The notes under the pieces are model-generated. The model saw only the letters and a program-made list of their open reading frames with translations, was not told the DNA's origin and did not search any database. 39,786 nt of DNA from Actinomycetes bacterium (lineage in GTDB: Bacteria; Actinomycetota; CALGFH01). The translations under genes and the position numbers were made by a program. Below are positions 1 to 9,402 of the stretch, piece after piece. The stretch lies in assembly GCA_035640005.1 (NCBI GenBank), contig DASQWY010000639.1, positions 1 through 39,786 on the forward strand, written 5' to 3'. Every line of letters begins with the position of its first letter. Position 1 is the first letter of the stretch.

Positions 1-1269
1 GCGGAACTGTTCGCGGCCCTTGACGTCGTTCAGGCGGGCCAGGTTCTCGGCCCTGGTGGCGTTGGCGAGCAGGCTGCGGTGGCCGAGCGCGCGCGGCCCG
101 TACTCGCTGCGCCCCTGGAACCAGGCGACCACGCCGTCGGCTGCCAGCACCTCGGCGACCGCGCCGGCCAGGTCCACGGGTCGCTCGAAGGCGACCCGCG
201 CGGTGGCGAGGGACGCCTCCAGCTCCTGGTCGGTCCAGCCGCGGCCGAGCGCCGCCGACCGCATCGGCGCCACCCGGTCGCCGAGCGCGTGGGCCACATG
301 CAGCGCCGCGCCCAGCGCCGTGCCGGCGTCGCCGGCGGCCGGCTGCACCCAGACCCGCTCGAACGGGCCGTGCTCGGCCAGGTAGGAGTTGGCCACGCAG
401 TTGAGCGCCACCCCGCCGGCCATGGTCAGGTCGCGGTCGCCGGTCTGGGCGTGCAGCCAGCCGGCCAGCTCCAGCAGCACCTCCTGCAGGCGCAGCTGCA
501 GGCTGCACGCCAGGTCGGCCTGCTCGCTGGTCCACTGCTCGCCGGGCCGGCGCGGCTTGGCGAGGCTGCCCAGCTCGATCGGGTCGACGGTGAAGCCGCC
601 GTCGCCGATGGTGCGGACCGCCTCGCGCAGCTCCGGCAGGCAGGCCGGCCGGCCGTAGGCGGCCAGCGCCATCACCTTGTACTCGTCGCTGGAGCGGCGG
701 AAGCCGAGGTGGGCGGTGACCTCCTCGTAGAGCAGGCCGAGGGAGTGCGGCAGGCCCTGGGCGGCCAGCACCTCCAGCTCGCCGTCGACCGCCCGGCCGG
801 CCAGGTGGGAGGCCCGCTCGCCGCGGCCGTCCAGCACCAGCACGCTGGAGGAGCGGTACGGGGCGGCCAGGTGCGCCGAGGCGGCGTGCGCGACGTGGTG
901 GGGCACGTAGCGCACGCAGGCGGGGTCCAGGCCGGGCAGGGCGCTGCGCAGGAACACGGGCGCCCGCAGGGCGAACAGGGTGCGCAGGCCCTCCCAGCCG
1001 TCGGCGGTCAGGTCCGGGCCGGGCGCCGGGGCCAGCGCCGGGTCGTAGGAGTAGGCGACCGCGTCCAGGTCTTCGGCGGCCAGGCCGGCCTCGGCCAGGC
1101 ACCACGCGGCCGAACGCTCGGGCAGCTCCCAGGTCGCGAACGGCACCGGCGGCTTGCCGTGCTTGCGGCGGGTGAAGCGCTCCTCCTCGGCGGCGGCCAC
1201 GATCTGGCCGTCCACCACCAGGGCCGCGGCCGGGTCGTGGAACACCGCGTTGACGCCGAGCACGCGCAT
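1..1269 (-). CDS. Carbamoyltransferase (NodU/CmcH family); N-terminal 423 codons, 3' end runs off the window
   Basis: Absent from the supplied ORF track because it has no stop inside the window. Reverse complement from ATG (1269-1267) reads [39 protein letters not shown]...[13 protein letters not shown]...[13 protein letters not shown]...[16 protein letters not shown]...[13 protein letters not shown]...DVKGREQFR. It stays open and in frame to nt 1 (1269 = 3 x 423). These blocks are characteristic of NodU/CmcH carbamoyltransferases. Confidence 0.85.
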   Translation of the reverse strand, partial: MRVLGVNAVFHDPAAALVVDGQIVAAAEEERFTRRKHGKPPVPFATWELPERSAAWCLAEAGLAAEDLDAVAYSYDPALAPAPGPDLTADGWEGLRTLFALRAPVFLRSALPGLDPACVRYVPHHVAHAASAHLAAPYRSSSVLVLDGRGERASHLAGRAVDGELEVLAAQGLPHSLGLLYEEVTAHLGFRRSSDEYKVMALAAYGRPACLPELREAVRTIGDGGFTVDPIELGSLAKPRRPGEQWTSEQADLACSLQLRLQEVLLELAGWLHAQTGDRDLTMAGGVALNCVANSYLAEHGPFERVWVQPAAGDAGTALGAALHVAHALGDRVAPMRSAALGRGWTDQELEASLATARVAFERPVDLAGAVAEVLAADGVVAWFQGRSEYGPRALGHRSLLANATRAENLARLNDVKGREQFR

Positions 1270-1424
1270 GCTAGGCGCCCCCGGACCGGCCGGTATCAGG
1301 GCGTGCTGTACCCACGTGCACCCTTTCTGTCTGTAATTGCCGCTACCGCTGGCGCTGGGCGCCATTCCCGATAGCGCGGGATAACCGCGCGGGGGAGGAA
1401 GAAACAACCGCCGGGTGAATGGCG

Positions 1425-2810
1425 TCAGCCGGCGTCGACGAACAGCGGCGTGAGCGACACCCGCAGCCGCACCCGGCCGTCGCGCACCTCGACCGGCTGC
1501 GCCTGGCCCAGCGCGTCGACGGCCGCCGCCCGCGCGGCCGGCCACGGCCAGTCCAAGCCCACCGGCGGCTCGTCCTCCCCGTCGAAGGGGTCGCGCCGCG
1601 CCCACACCACCAGCAGCGGCCCGCGCCCGCGGCGCCGCACCTCGAACAGGTACAGGTCCGGCCGCTCCGGCACCTCGACGCGGGCCACGCCCTCCACGCC
1701 GGCGAGCTGGCGGGCCAGCAGGGCGAACGCCTCGGCGGACGGGTGGCGGTGGGCCAGCTCGGCGCCCTCGTAGCCCAGCAGCGCCAGCTTGCCGAACAGC
1801 AGGTCCATCACTGACAGCGGGTTCTCGTAGCCGGGGATCTCCGGCGCGAGGTTCCAGCAGACCGTGCGGCGCACCCCGGCCGACAGCGCCAGCAGGTTGC
1901 GCATGACGAGCTCGCGGCGGTTGATCCGGTGCCGCTTGTCCTCCAGCTCGCTCGGGCAGCCGCGCATGAACATCTGCAGCTGCGGCGGCAGGCTGGCCAT
2001 GCGCTCGTACAGGCCGGCCATAGCAGCCTCGTCCGGCGCCGGTTGCATGGCCTGCTGCATCGCCGCGGTCGCCTCGGGGAACTGGTTCGGCCACGGGGCG
2101 TTGTATTCGCCGACCAGCAGCGGCTTCTCGTAGCCGAACGCGCGCATCATCGAACGGGCGGTGTCGATGTCGTCCAGGATCCGGTCGGCGGGCCCGTACA
2201 GGTGCAGGTCGAACACGTCAAATGCATCGCGGCCGTCGCGCAGCAGCAGGTGGAAAAACTGCCGCTCCGGGCTGTCGGGCGCGCTCGCCGGCAGCGCGTA
2301 CGGCGCGCCGCCGAGCACCACCGCCGCGGCCGGGTCGGCTTCCCTGACCGCCCGGTGCATCACCCGCAGCTGGGCGAGGTACTCCTGCGCGCTGCCCGCC
2401 CAGGTCAGCCCGACGTTGCAGGGCTCGTTGTCGCACTGCCACCAGCGCACCCGCCCGCCGCAGTGGCGCACCAGGCGGTGCACGAACCGGTGGTAGGCGT
2501 CCAGGTCCCTGGCCGGCGAGGGCGGTAGGAAGTCGGTCGGCTGCCGGGTCGCCCAGCGCGAGCTGGAGCAGACCGTGACCCAGACCTCCTCGGAGCCGTC
2601 GAGCTGGTCCAGGAACGCGTCGACGACCTCGAAGGTGTAGCGGCCGGGCTCGGGTTCGACCTGCGACCAGTAGACGTAGACCCGCACCAGGGTCGCGCCC
2701 AGCTCCCGGAGCTGCGGCACGAACGTGTCGGGCTTGCCGAACAGCCCGTAGCTGATGCCGCGGACGATCCCCAGCCGGATACCCTCAGGAACCATGTCAC
2801 CCGTTGCCAT
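1425..2810 (-). CDS. Glycoside hydrolase, clan GH-A TIM-barrel type (GH5/GH39/GH42-like; exact family not assignable by eye)
   Basis: 461-aa ORF with high GC3. GGGGAGG (rc of 2816-2822) lies 5 nt upstream of ATG 2810. WQCDNEPC (NEP acid/base) and LLVGEYN (nucleophile Glu) motifs fit clan GH-A. No signal peptide. Confidence 0.65.
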   Translation of the reverse strand: MATGDMVPEGIRLGIVRGISYGLFGKPDTFVPQLRELGATLVRVYVYWSQVEPEPGRYTFEVVDAFLDQLDGSEEVWVTVCSSSRWATRQPTDFLPPSPARDLDAYHRFVHRLVRHCGGRVRWWQCDNEPCNVGLTWAGSAQEYLAQLRVMHRAVREADPAAAVVLGGAPYALPASAPDSPERQFFHLLLRDGRDAFDVFDLHLYGPADRILDDIDTARSMMRAFGYEKPLLVGEYNAPWPNQFPEATAAMQQAMQPAPDEAAMAGLYERMASLPPQLQMFMRGCPSELEDKRHRINRRELVMRNLLALSAGVRRTVCWNLAPEIPGYENPLSVMDLLFGKLALLGYEGAELAHRHPSAEAFALLARQLAGVEGVARVEVPERPDLYLFEVRRRGRGPLLVVWARRDPFDGEDEPPVGLDWPWPAARAAAVDALGQAQPVEVRDGRVRLRVSLTPLFVDAG

Positions 2811-2946
2811 CGACGCCTCCCCGGTTGCCCGCCTGGTCGCGTCGCAGTTTCCCCAGTGGGCCGGCCTCCCGACTCGCCGAGCATCGGCGGTCGATCTGGC
2901 ATAGTCCAGGGGCAGGCCACCACCATCGCAGCAGCCAGGAGCCAGC

Positions 2947-4326
2947 TTGCCCGAGCGCTACCAGTCCCTTTCGCTGTGGCACGCGACCGCGGCGGACCCG
3001 CTGGAGCCCCGCGCCGCGCTCGACGGCGACCTGGACGTCGACGTGGCGGTCGTCGGCGCCGGCTACACCGGCCTGTGGACCGCCTACTACCTGGCCGGCG
3101 CCGACCCCGCGCCGCGGGTCGCGGTGCTGGAGCGTGACATCGCCGGGTTCGGCGCGTCGGGACGCAACGGCGGCTGGTGCTCGGCCTACTTCCCCGCCAG
3201 CACCACCAAGCTGGCGCGCATGGCCGGGCGCGACGCGGCGGTCGCCATGCGGCGGGCGATGCAGGCCACCGTCGACGAGGTCGGCACGGTGGTGGTGGCC
3301 GAGGGCATCGACTGCCACTGGTCCAAGGGCGGCACGGTGCTGCTGGCCCGCACGCAGCCGCAGCTGCGGCGGGCCGAGGAGGAGGTGGCCGAGGCGCGCA
3401 CGTTCGGGTTCGGCGAGCAGGACCTGCGGCTGCTGTCGGCCGCGGAGGCGCGGGCGCGGCTGGACGCCAGCGGCGTGCTGGGGGGCACCTGGACGCCGCA
3501 CTGCGCCGCGGTCCACCCGCTGCGGCTGGCGCGCGGCCTGGCTGTGGCGGCCGAGCGGCGCGGGGTCCGGATCTTCGAGCGCACGCCGGTCGGGTCGATC
3601 TCCCCGGGCCGTGCCAGCACCCCGCATGGCACCGTCCGCGCCCGCCACGTGGTCCGTGCCACCGAGGGTTACACGCCGCGGCTTCCCGGGCTGGGCCGCG
3701 CGATCGCCCCGCTCTACTCGCTGATGATCGCGACCGAGCCGCTGCCCGAGGAGCTGTGGCGGCGGATCGGCCTGGCCGGCCGGGAGACCTTCGGGGACTA
3801 CCGGCACCTGCTGGTGTACGGGCAGCGGACCGCCGACGGCCGGCTGGCCTTCGGCGGCCGCGGCGCCCCCTACCACTATGGTTCGAGGATCGCCGCCGGC
3901 TTCGACCGCGACCCCGCGATCTTCGCCGCGCTGCGGCGCGCCCTGGCCGAGCTGCTGCCCGCCCTCGGCGAGGTGCCGGTGGCGCACGCCTGGGGCGGCC
4001 CGCTGGGCGTGCCGCGCGACTGGTGCGCGTCGGTCGGGCTGGACCGCGCCACCGGGCTGGCCTGGGCCGGCGGCTACGTCGGCGACGGGGTGGCGACCTC
4101 GAACCTGGCGGGCCGGACCCTGGCCGACCTGCTGCTCGGCCGGGACAGCGAGCTGGTCCGCCTGCCGTGGACCGGGCACCGCTCGCCCCGCTGGGAGCCG
4201 GAGCCGCTGCGGTGGCTGGGCGTCAACGCCGGGCTGCGGGCGATGGGCCTGGCGGACAGGGCGGAGGCCCGCACCGGGCGGCCCTCCCGCGCCGCCATCG
4301 CGGTCGGCCGCCTGCTCGGGCGCTGA
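2947..4326 (+). CDS. FAD-dependent oxidoreductase (DAO family, gamma-glutamylputrescine-oxidase-like)
   Basis: 459 aa. TTG start with AGGAG (2937-2941) 5 nt upstream. N-terminal VAVVGAGYTGLWTAYYLA dinucleotide-binding fold followed by GASGRNGG. Divergent from the glycosidase gene. Confidence 0.85.
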   Translation: MPERYQSLSLWHATAADPLEPRAALDGDLDVDVAVVGAGYTGLWTAYYLAGADPAPRVAVLERDIAGFGASGRNGGWCSAYFPASTTKLARMAGRDAAVAMRRAMQATVDEVGTVVVAEGIDCHWSKGGTVLLARTQPQLRRAEEEVAEARTFGFGEQDLRLLSAAEARARLDASGVLGGTWTPHCAAVHPLRLARGLAVAAERRGVRIFERTPVGSISPGRASTPHGTVRARHVVRATEGYTPRLPGLGRAIAPLYSLMIATEPLPEELWRRIGLAGRETFGDYRHLLVYGQRTADGRLAFGGRGAPYHYGSRIAAGFDRDPAIFAALRRALAELLPALGEVPVAHAWGGPLGVPRDWCASVGLDRATGLAWAGGYVGDGVATSNLAGRTLADLLLGRDSELVRLPWTGHRSPRWEPEPLRWLGVNAGLRAMGLADRAEARTGRPSRAAIAVGRLLGR

Positions 4327-4361
4327 CCGTGCCGTTTGCGCCCGTGGCCCGGCGGGTAGGT

Positions 4362-4379
4362 CCAAACTTCGTAGTTTGG
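4362..4379. promoter_or_regulatory. AT-rich 18-bp near-palindrome CCAAACT-TCGT-AGTTTGG (7-bp arms)
   Basis: Read directly. It lies 36 nt after the oxidase stop (4324-4326) and about 110 nt upstream of the MFS start. Its local AT-richness stands out from the GC-rich background. It could be a terminator hairpin or a dimeric regulator site. Confidence 0.3.
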
Positions 4380-4487
4380 GCGGCCTGACAGGCACGGCCG
4401 GAGGTGCGCGGCCCCGTCGACCCGCCCCGGATCCTCCTGCCGTGCTCGATGGCTGCCGCGAGCGTCACCGAGCAGGAGGTGCGGGAC

Positions 4488-5843
4488 ATGGCCGACGAGA
4501 CCACAGCCGGCTTGCGTATCGACGAGGCGGAGCACCGCAGGCAGGTCCGCCGTGCCGTCGTCGCGAGCACGATCGGCACGTCGATCGAGTGGTACGACTT
4601 CTTCCTCTACGGGACGGCCGCCGCGCTGGTCTTCCCGAAGCTGTTCTTCCCCCACTCCAGCCCCTACGCCGGCACGCTGGCGTCGTTCGCCACCTTCTTC
4701 GTCGGCTTCCTGGCGCGGCCGCTGGGCGCGTGGGTCTTCGGCCACTTCGGCGACCGCATCGGCCGCAAGGCGACGCTGATCATCACGCTGCTGCTGATGG
4801 GCATCGCGACCTTCCTGATCGGCGTGATGCCAACCTACAGCGCCATCGGCCTGTGGGCCGCCGTGCTGCTGATCGTCCTGCGCATCTGCCAGGGTCTCGG
4901 CGTCGGCGGGGAGTGGGGCGGCTCGGTGCTGATGTCGATGGAATGGCACCGCGGCAACCGGCGAGGGTTCATCGCCAGCTGGCCCCAGGCCGGCGTCCCG
5001 ATCGGGCTGGCGCTGTCGATCGGCGCGACGCGCCTGGCGTCCCAATGGACCGGCGACAAGTACACCACCTGGGGCTGGCGGCTCCCGTTCCTGCTGAGCA
5101 TCCTGCTGGTCCTGGTGGGGCTGTTCATCCGGCTGCGGGTGCTGGAGACCCCGCTGTTCGCCAGGGTGGTGGAGCAGAAGCAGGTCGCCAAGACGCCCGT
5201 CCCAGAGGCCATCCAGCACCACTGGCCCGAGATCGCCCTGTCGGCGCTGGCGCGCATGGCCGAGCAGGCGCCCTTCTACATCTTCACCACCTACGTGCTG
5301 ACCTACGGCACCGAGGAGCTGGGGCTCAAGCGCAACTTCCTGCTCAACGCGGTGCTGCTGGCCGCGATCGTGTCGCTGTTCACCACGCCGTTCTTCGGCT
5401 ACCTGTCCGACCTCATCGGCCGGCGGCGCATGTACCTGATCGGCGCGTCGGCGGTGCTGGTGTTCGCGTTCCCGTACATCGGGCTGCTGAACTCCAAGAC
5501 GGCCGGCCTGGTGGTGCTCGCGGTGGTGGTGTCGGTGGTGGTGCACGACATGATGTACGGGCCGCAGGCGGCGTTCATCGCCGAGAGCTTCCCGACCCGC
5601 CTGCGCTACAGCGGCGCCTCCCTCGGCTACCAGCTCGCCTCGATCATCGCCGGCGGGCCGGCGCCGCTGCTGGCCGCGTGGCTGCTGCACACCTTCAACA
5701 GCGGCTACGCGATCTCCACCTACATCGCGCTCACGGCCGTGATCACCGCGGTCGCCGCGGCCGCGCTCGGCGCCCGGGTCAGCCCCATGCTGGAGCGCGA
5801 ACGCGAGCAGCCCGCGCGCTGGAGGGGGGCGGTGCAGGCCTAG
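4488..5843 (+). CDS. MFS transporter, metabolite:H+ symporter (MHS, ProP/KgtP-like) family
   Basis: The ORF track frame opens at 4404, but ATG 4488 (MADETTAGL) has GGAGG (4475-4479) 8 nt upstream. IEWYDFFLYGTAAALVFPKLFF and GDRIGRK motifs with 12 predicted TM segments are typical of the MHS family. Confidence 0.85.
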   Translation: MADETTAGLRIDEAEHRRQVRRAVVASTIGTSIEWYDFFLYGTAAALVFPKLFFPHSSPYAGTLASFATFFVGFLARPLGAWVFGHFGDRIGRKATLIITLLLMGIATFLIGVMPTYSAIGLWAAVLLIVLRICQGLGVGGEWGGSVLMSMEWHRGNRRGFIASWPQAGVPIGLALSIGATRLASQWTGDKYTTWGWRLPFLLSILLVLVGLFIRLRVLETPLFARVVEQKQVAKTPVPEAIQHHWPEIALSALARMAEQAPFYIFTTYVLTYGTEELGLKRNFLLNAVLLAAIVSLFTTPFFGYLSDLIGRRRMYLIGASAVLVFAFPYIGLLNSKTAGLVVLAVVVSVVVHDMMYGPQAAFIAESFPTRLRYSGASLGYQLASIIAGGPAPLLAAWLLHTFNSGYAISTYIALTAVITAVAAAALGARVSPMLEREREQPARWRGAVQA

Positions 5844-5846
5844 CAC

Positions 5847-6803
5847 CTAGCCGTCGCGGCCCTCGCGGACGCGGCCGAGCTCGGCGTTCAGCTCGTTGCC
5901 GAGCAGGATGGCGATGCTGGAGAAGTAGGTCCACAGAACGGTGGCGACCACGGCGCCGACCGCGCGGCCGATGATGACGACGTTGGTGTCGTTGACCACC
6001 ACGCCGGTCGGCGTCCCGCGCCCGAAGGCGAGGTAGACGCGGAACGCGGCCGCGGCCACGATCCACAGCAGCACGCCGCCCACCGCCCCGGGCAGGCAGT
6101 CGTGCCAGGGCCGTTTCATGCTCCCGGCGAAGCGGTACAGGCACAGCAGGAAGACGACCAGCAGCGTCAGCAGCGTCGGCCAGCGGATGATCTCCCAGGC
6201 GATCGCGACGTCACGGCCGAGCCCGAAGTGCGTGCCGAGGAACGGCGCGTCGACCATCATCCCGAGGCTCAGCACGACCAGCACCACCGACGCCAGCGCG
6301 AAGGCCAGGGCGACGAACCGCTGCACGATCGTGGGACCGTGGTAGGTCTGGCCGTAGGCGGAGTCGAGCGCGTGGCTGGTGGCGGTGAACAGGCGGCTGG
6401 CCAGCCACCAGGTCAGCAGCAGGCCGCCGATGGCCACGCCGCCCTGCCGCTGGGTGAGCTGGGCGCGGACGAACGGGTCGACGACGCCGTTGGCCAGCTT
6501 GGGGCTCAGCAGGGTCCTGACCGCGGCGAGGGCGGCGTCCTGCCCGCGGGCGATCTTGGCCGGCCCGACGATCCGCTCGACGAAGCCGAGCGCCGCGCCC
6601 ACGGCCACCGTCGACGGCACCAGGGTGAGCAGCGCGAAGAACGACATCTCGGCCGCCGGCCCGCTGATGCGGTGGCGGCTGGCGGAATGGACCACGCGCA
6701 GGGAGAGCTGCCACGGGTTGTACCCGCGGATGCGCTCGGGGCGTCGCTCCGCCCAACCCAGCGCGCGGTCCAAAGGCGTCGCCGTCGCCACCACCCCCGG
6801 CAC
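5847..6803 (-). CDS. YihY/BrkB family inner-membrane protein
   Basis: 318 aa with a GTG start. PAAEMSFFALLTLVPS resembles the family's AAALAFYALLSLFP block. Multiple TM helices; the ending GNELNAELGR is also typical of the family. Confidence 0.8.
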   Translation of the reverse strand: MPGVVATATPLDRALGWAERRPERIRGYNPWQLSLRVVHSASRHRISGPAAEMSFFALLTLVPSTVAVGAALGFVERIVGPAKIARGQDAALAAVRTLLSPKLANGVVDPFVRAQLTQRQGGVAIGGLLLTWWLASRLFTATSHALDSAYGQTYHGPTIVQRFVALAFALASVVLVVLSLGMMVDAPFLGTHFGLGRDVAIAWEIIRWPTLLTLLVVFLLCLYRFAGSMKRPWHDCLPGAVGGVLLWIVAAAAFRVYLAFGRGTPTGVVVNDTNVVIIGRAVGAVVATVLWTYFSSIAILLGNELNAELGRVREGRDG

Positions 6804-7244
6804 GGCAGCTCACCAGGGTAGTTCGGTCATGGTAGCAGCCGCGGGATCCCGGATCAGGCGGCGATCCGCCTGTCCTGCCCGCTGGCGGCGCTCAGCAGGC
6901 CGTTGAGGTGGGCGCTCCACCGGCGGCAGTCGGCCCGGGCCGCCGCGTCCGGGCCGGGGCGGTTTCCAGGAAGGGTCGGTACGGCCACAGAATGGTTGTG
7001 GCCACGGCGCCACCGGGGTGACAGCCGTGCTGCCCCGAGCGCCGGCCTTCCATCCCCATGGCATGGGCCAGCGCCCGAGGCGGACACACGACCGGGTGGC
7101 GCCGAGGCTCGGGGGAGGCACCTCGGTCCGCCACCACACTCAGTGAGAACGACCCGCGCAGCGCGAACGTTACGGTGCGCTCGGGCCGGCGTACGATCGC
7201 CGGGATGGCCGGAGCGGCCGGCCCGGCTTGCCGAGGGGGCCGAG

Positions 7245-8879
7245 GTGACCCAGGCGACGAACCACCCCGCCGAGCGCGCAGCCGAGGTGGGCCGAACCCC
7301 GCTGACGCCCCTGGCCTTCCTGGGCCGCTCGGCGGAGGCCTTCGGTGACAAGGTCGCGATCGTCCACGGCGACCGCCGCGCCAGCTACCGCCAGTTCGCC
7401 GCCGAGGCGACCCGCCTGGCCCACGCCCTGCGCGCCTCCGGGGTCGGGCCGGGCGACCGGGTCGCCTACCTGTGCCCGAACGTCCCCGAGCTGCTGGTCG
7501 CGCACTTCGGCGTGCCGCTGGCCGGGGCGGTCCTGGTCGCCATCAACACCCGGCTGGCCCCTGACGAGGTGCGCTACATCCTCGACCACTCCGGGGCCAG
7601 GCTGGTGGTGGCCGACACCGCGCTGCACCCCACGCTGCAGCCGGTGGCCGCCTCGCTGCGGACCGTCCGCGAGGTCGTCGCCGTCGACGACGCGGGCGTC
7701 GCGCCGGCGGTGCCCGGCCCGTCCTACGCCGAGCTGCTCGCCCGCGGCTCGGACGAGCCGCTGCCCTGGGAGGTCGCCGACGAGCAGGCCACGATCTCGA
7801 TCAACTACACCTCGGGCACGACCGGGCGGCCCAAGGGCGTGATGTACAGCCACCGGGGCGCCTACCTGAACGCGCTCGGCGAGGTCTTCCACTCGCGCCA
7901 CAGCCCGGCCAGCGTCTACCTGTGGACGCTGCCGATGTTCCACTGCAACGGCTGGTGCACGACCTGGGCGGTGACCGCCGCCGGCGGCACCCACGTGTGC
8001 CTGCGGGCGGTCCGGGCCGACGAGCTGTGGCGGCTGCTGCGGGCCGAGGGCGTCACCCACCTGAACGGCGCGCCCACCGTGCTGGTCACCATGGCCAACG
8101 CCGCCGAGGCGGGGCCGCTGGAGCGCGGGCTGGTGGTGACCACCGCCGGCGCCCCGCCCAGCCCGACGATCATCGGCCAGCTCGAGGAGCTCGGCGCCAG
8201 GGTCGTCCACGTCTACGGCCTGACCGAGACCTACGGTCCCTACACGGTGTGCGAGTGGCAGGCCGGCTGGGAGGGCGAGGAGCGCGCGGCGCGGGCGCGG
8301 CTGCTGGCCCGCCAGGGCGTGGCGATGGTGATCTCCGACCCGGTCCGCGTGGTCGACCAGGACCTGCGCGACGTGCCGCGCGACGGCGCCGCCATGGGCG
8401 AGATCGTGATGCGCGGCAACAACGTCATGAAGGGCTATTTCGACGACCCGGTGGCGACCGAGGAAGCGTTCCGGGGCGGCTGGTTCCACTCCGGCGACCT
8501 CGGCGTGTGGCACCCGGACGGCTACGTCGAGGTGCGCGACCGGGCCAAGGACGTGATCGTCTCCGGCGGCGAGAACATCTCCACCATCGAGGTCGAGCAG
8601 GCCGTGGTCAGCCACCCCGCGGTGCTGGAGGCCGCCGTGGTCGGCGTGCCGGACGACCGCTGGGGCGAGCGGCCCAAGGCGTTCGTGGTCCTCAAGCAGG
8701 GCGCCGATGTCGCCCAGGACGAGCTGATCGGGCACGTCCGCGGCCTCATCGCCCACTACAAGGCGCCCGACCGGGTCGAGTTCATGGAGGAGCTGCCCAA
8801 GACCTCCACCGGCAAGATCCAGAAGTTCGCCCTGCGGGACAAGGAGTGGGCCGGCCGCGACCGCAGGGTCCAGGGCTGA
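7245..8879 (+). CDS. AMP-dependent acyl-CoA synthetase/ligase
   Basis: The track frame opens at 6903, but its first 114 codons are Arg/Pro-rich with no homology feel. GTG 7245 (VTQATNHP) is in frame and preceded by GAGGGGG. It carries the AMP-binding signature YTSGTTGRPKGV, YGLTETYG, and the C-terminal PKTSTGKIQK. Confidence 0.85.
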   Translation: MTQATNHPAERAAEVGRTPLTPLAFLGRSAEAFGDKVAIVHGDRRASYRQFAAEATRLAHALRASGVGPGDRVAYLCPNVPELLVAHFGVPLAGAVLVAINTRLAPDEVRYILDHSGARLVVADTALHPTLQPVAASLRTVREVVAVDDAGVAPAVPGPSYAELLARGSDEPLPWEVADEQATISINYTSGTTGRPKGVMYSHRGAYLNALGEVFHSRHSPASVYLWTLPMFHCNGWCTTWAVTAAGGTHVCLRAVRADELWRLLRAEGVTHLNGAPTVLVTMANAAEAGPLERGLVVTTAGAPPSPTIIGQLEELGARVVHVYGLTETYGPYTVCEWQAGWEGEERAARARLLARQGVAMVISDPVRVVDQDLRDVPRDGAAMGEIVMRGNNVMKGYFDDPVATEEAFRGGWFHSGDLGVWHPDGYVEVRDRAKDVIVSGGENISTIEVEQAVVSHPAVLEAAVVGVPDDRWGERPKAFVVLKQGADVAQDELIGHVRGLIAHYKAPDRVEFMEELPKTSTGKIQKFALRDKEWAGRDRRVQG

Positions 8880-8911
8880 GCGCACCCCAGGCCGGGTCGG
8901 CGTCGCCGCGC

Positions 8912-9394
8912 CTACGCGAGCAGCACGGCGGCCAGCCAGACGGCGGCGATCAGCAGCCCGGCGCCGAGCTCGATCAGGATCGACAGCCCCACCGCGCGCA
9001 GCGCCTGCACCGTCGACGGCCACGCGGCCGCGTGGCTGCCGAGCCGCAGCCGCTCGGCGCCGTACACCCCGCCGACGAAGCCGGCCAGCGCCCCCAGCAC
9101 TGGGACCACGAAGAAGCCGACGATGGCCAGGCCGCCGCCGGCGGCCAGGCTCGACCAGGGCACCCCGGCCGCCCGCATGCGCCTGCCCGGCACCAGGTAC
9201 TTCACGACCTGGCTGGCGACCACCAGCGCGGTCGCGACCGCCAGCACCGTCCAGGCGACCGCGGTCCGCTCCACCAGCGCCCAGACCAGCACGGCCGCCC
9301 AGCACAGCAGCAGCCCCGGCAGCACCGGCACGAGCACGCCGACCAGGCCCACCAGGATCGCGATCCCGACGAGCACCAGGCCGGTGGTGTCCAT
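8912..9394 (-). CDS. DUF456 family membrane protein
   Basis: 160 aa with four hydrophobic helices. The VPVLPGLLL motif is typical of DUF456. It starts 8 nt after the aldo/keto reductase stop, so it is probably co-transcribed. Confidence 0.7.
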   Translation of the reverse strand: MDTTGLVLVGIAILVGLVGVLVPVLPGLLLCWAAVLVWALVERTAVAWTVLAVATALVVASQVVKYLVPGRRMRAAGVPWSSLAAGGGLAIVGFFVVPVLGALAGFVGGVYGAERLRLGSHAAAWPSTVQALRAVGLSILIELGAGLLIAAVWLAAVLLA

Positions 9395-9402
9395 GGCGGC
9401 GC

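Noticed and set aside
79-1374. 431-aa plus-strand ORF covering the left edge of the window
   Set aside because: Its composition is Arg/Gly/Ala/Pro-rich and low in complexity, with no family motifs. The opposite strand encodes a clearly recognisable carbamoyltransferase over the same span. It is a typical high-GC shadow ORF.
2797-5974. Long alternative-frame ORFs over the oxidase and MFS genes (2797..4395 -, 3177..4388 +, 3878..5974 +, 4074..5846 -)
   Set aside because: All are Arg/Pro/Gly-dominated. They overlap frames with strong family signatures (GxGxxG FAD fold, MHS transporter motifs). They are shadow frames.
6810-7351. Minus-strand ORFs of 81-165 aa inside the long yihY / acyl-CoA synthetase gap
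   Set aside because: They have no SD or family resemblance. Their Arg/Pro/Gly composition and third-position GC are lower than in real genes. I kept them only as part of the unexplained-gap finding.
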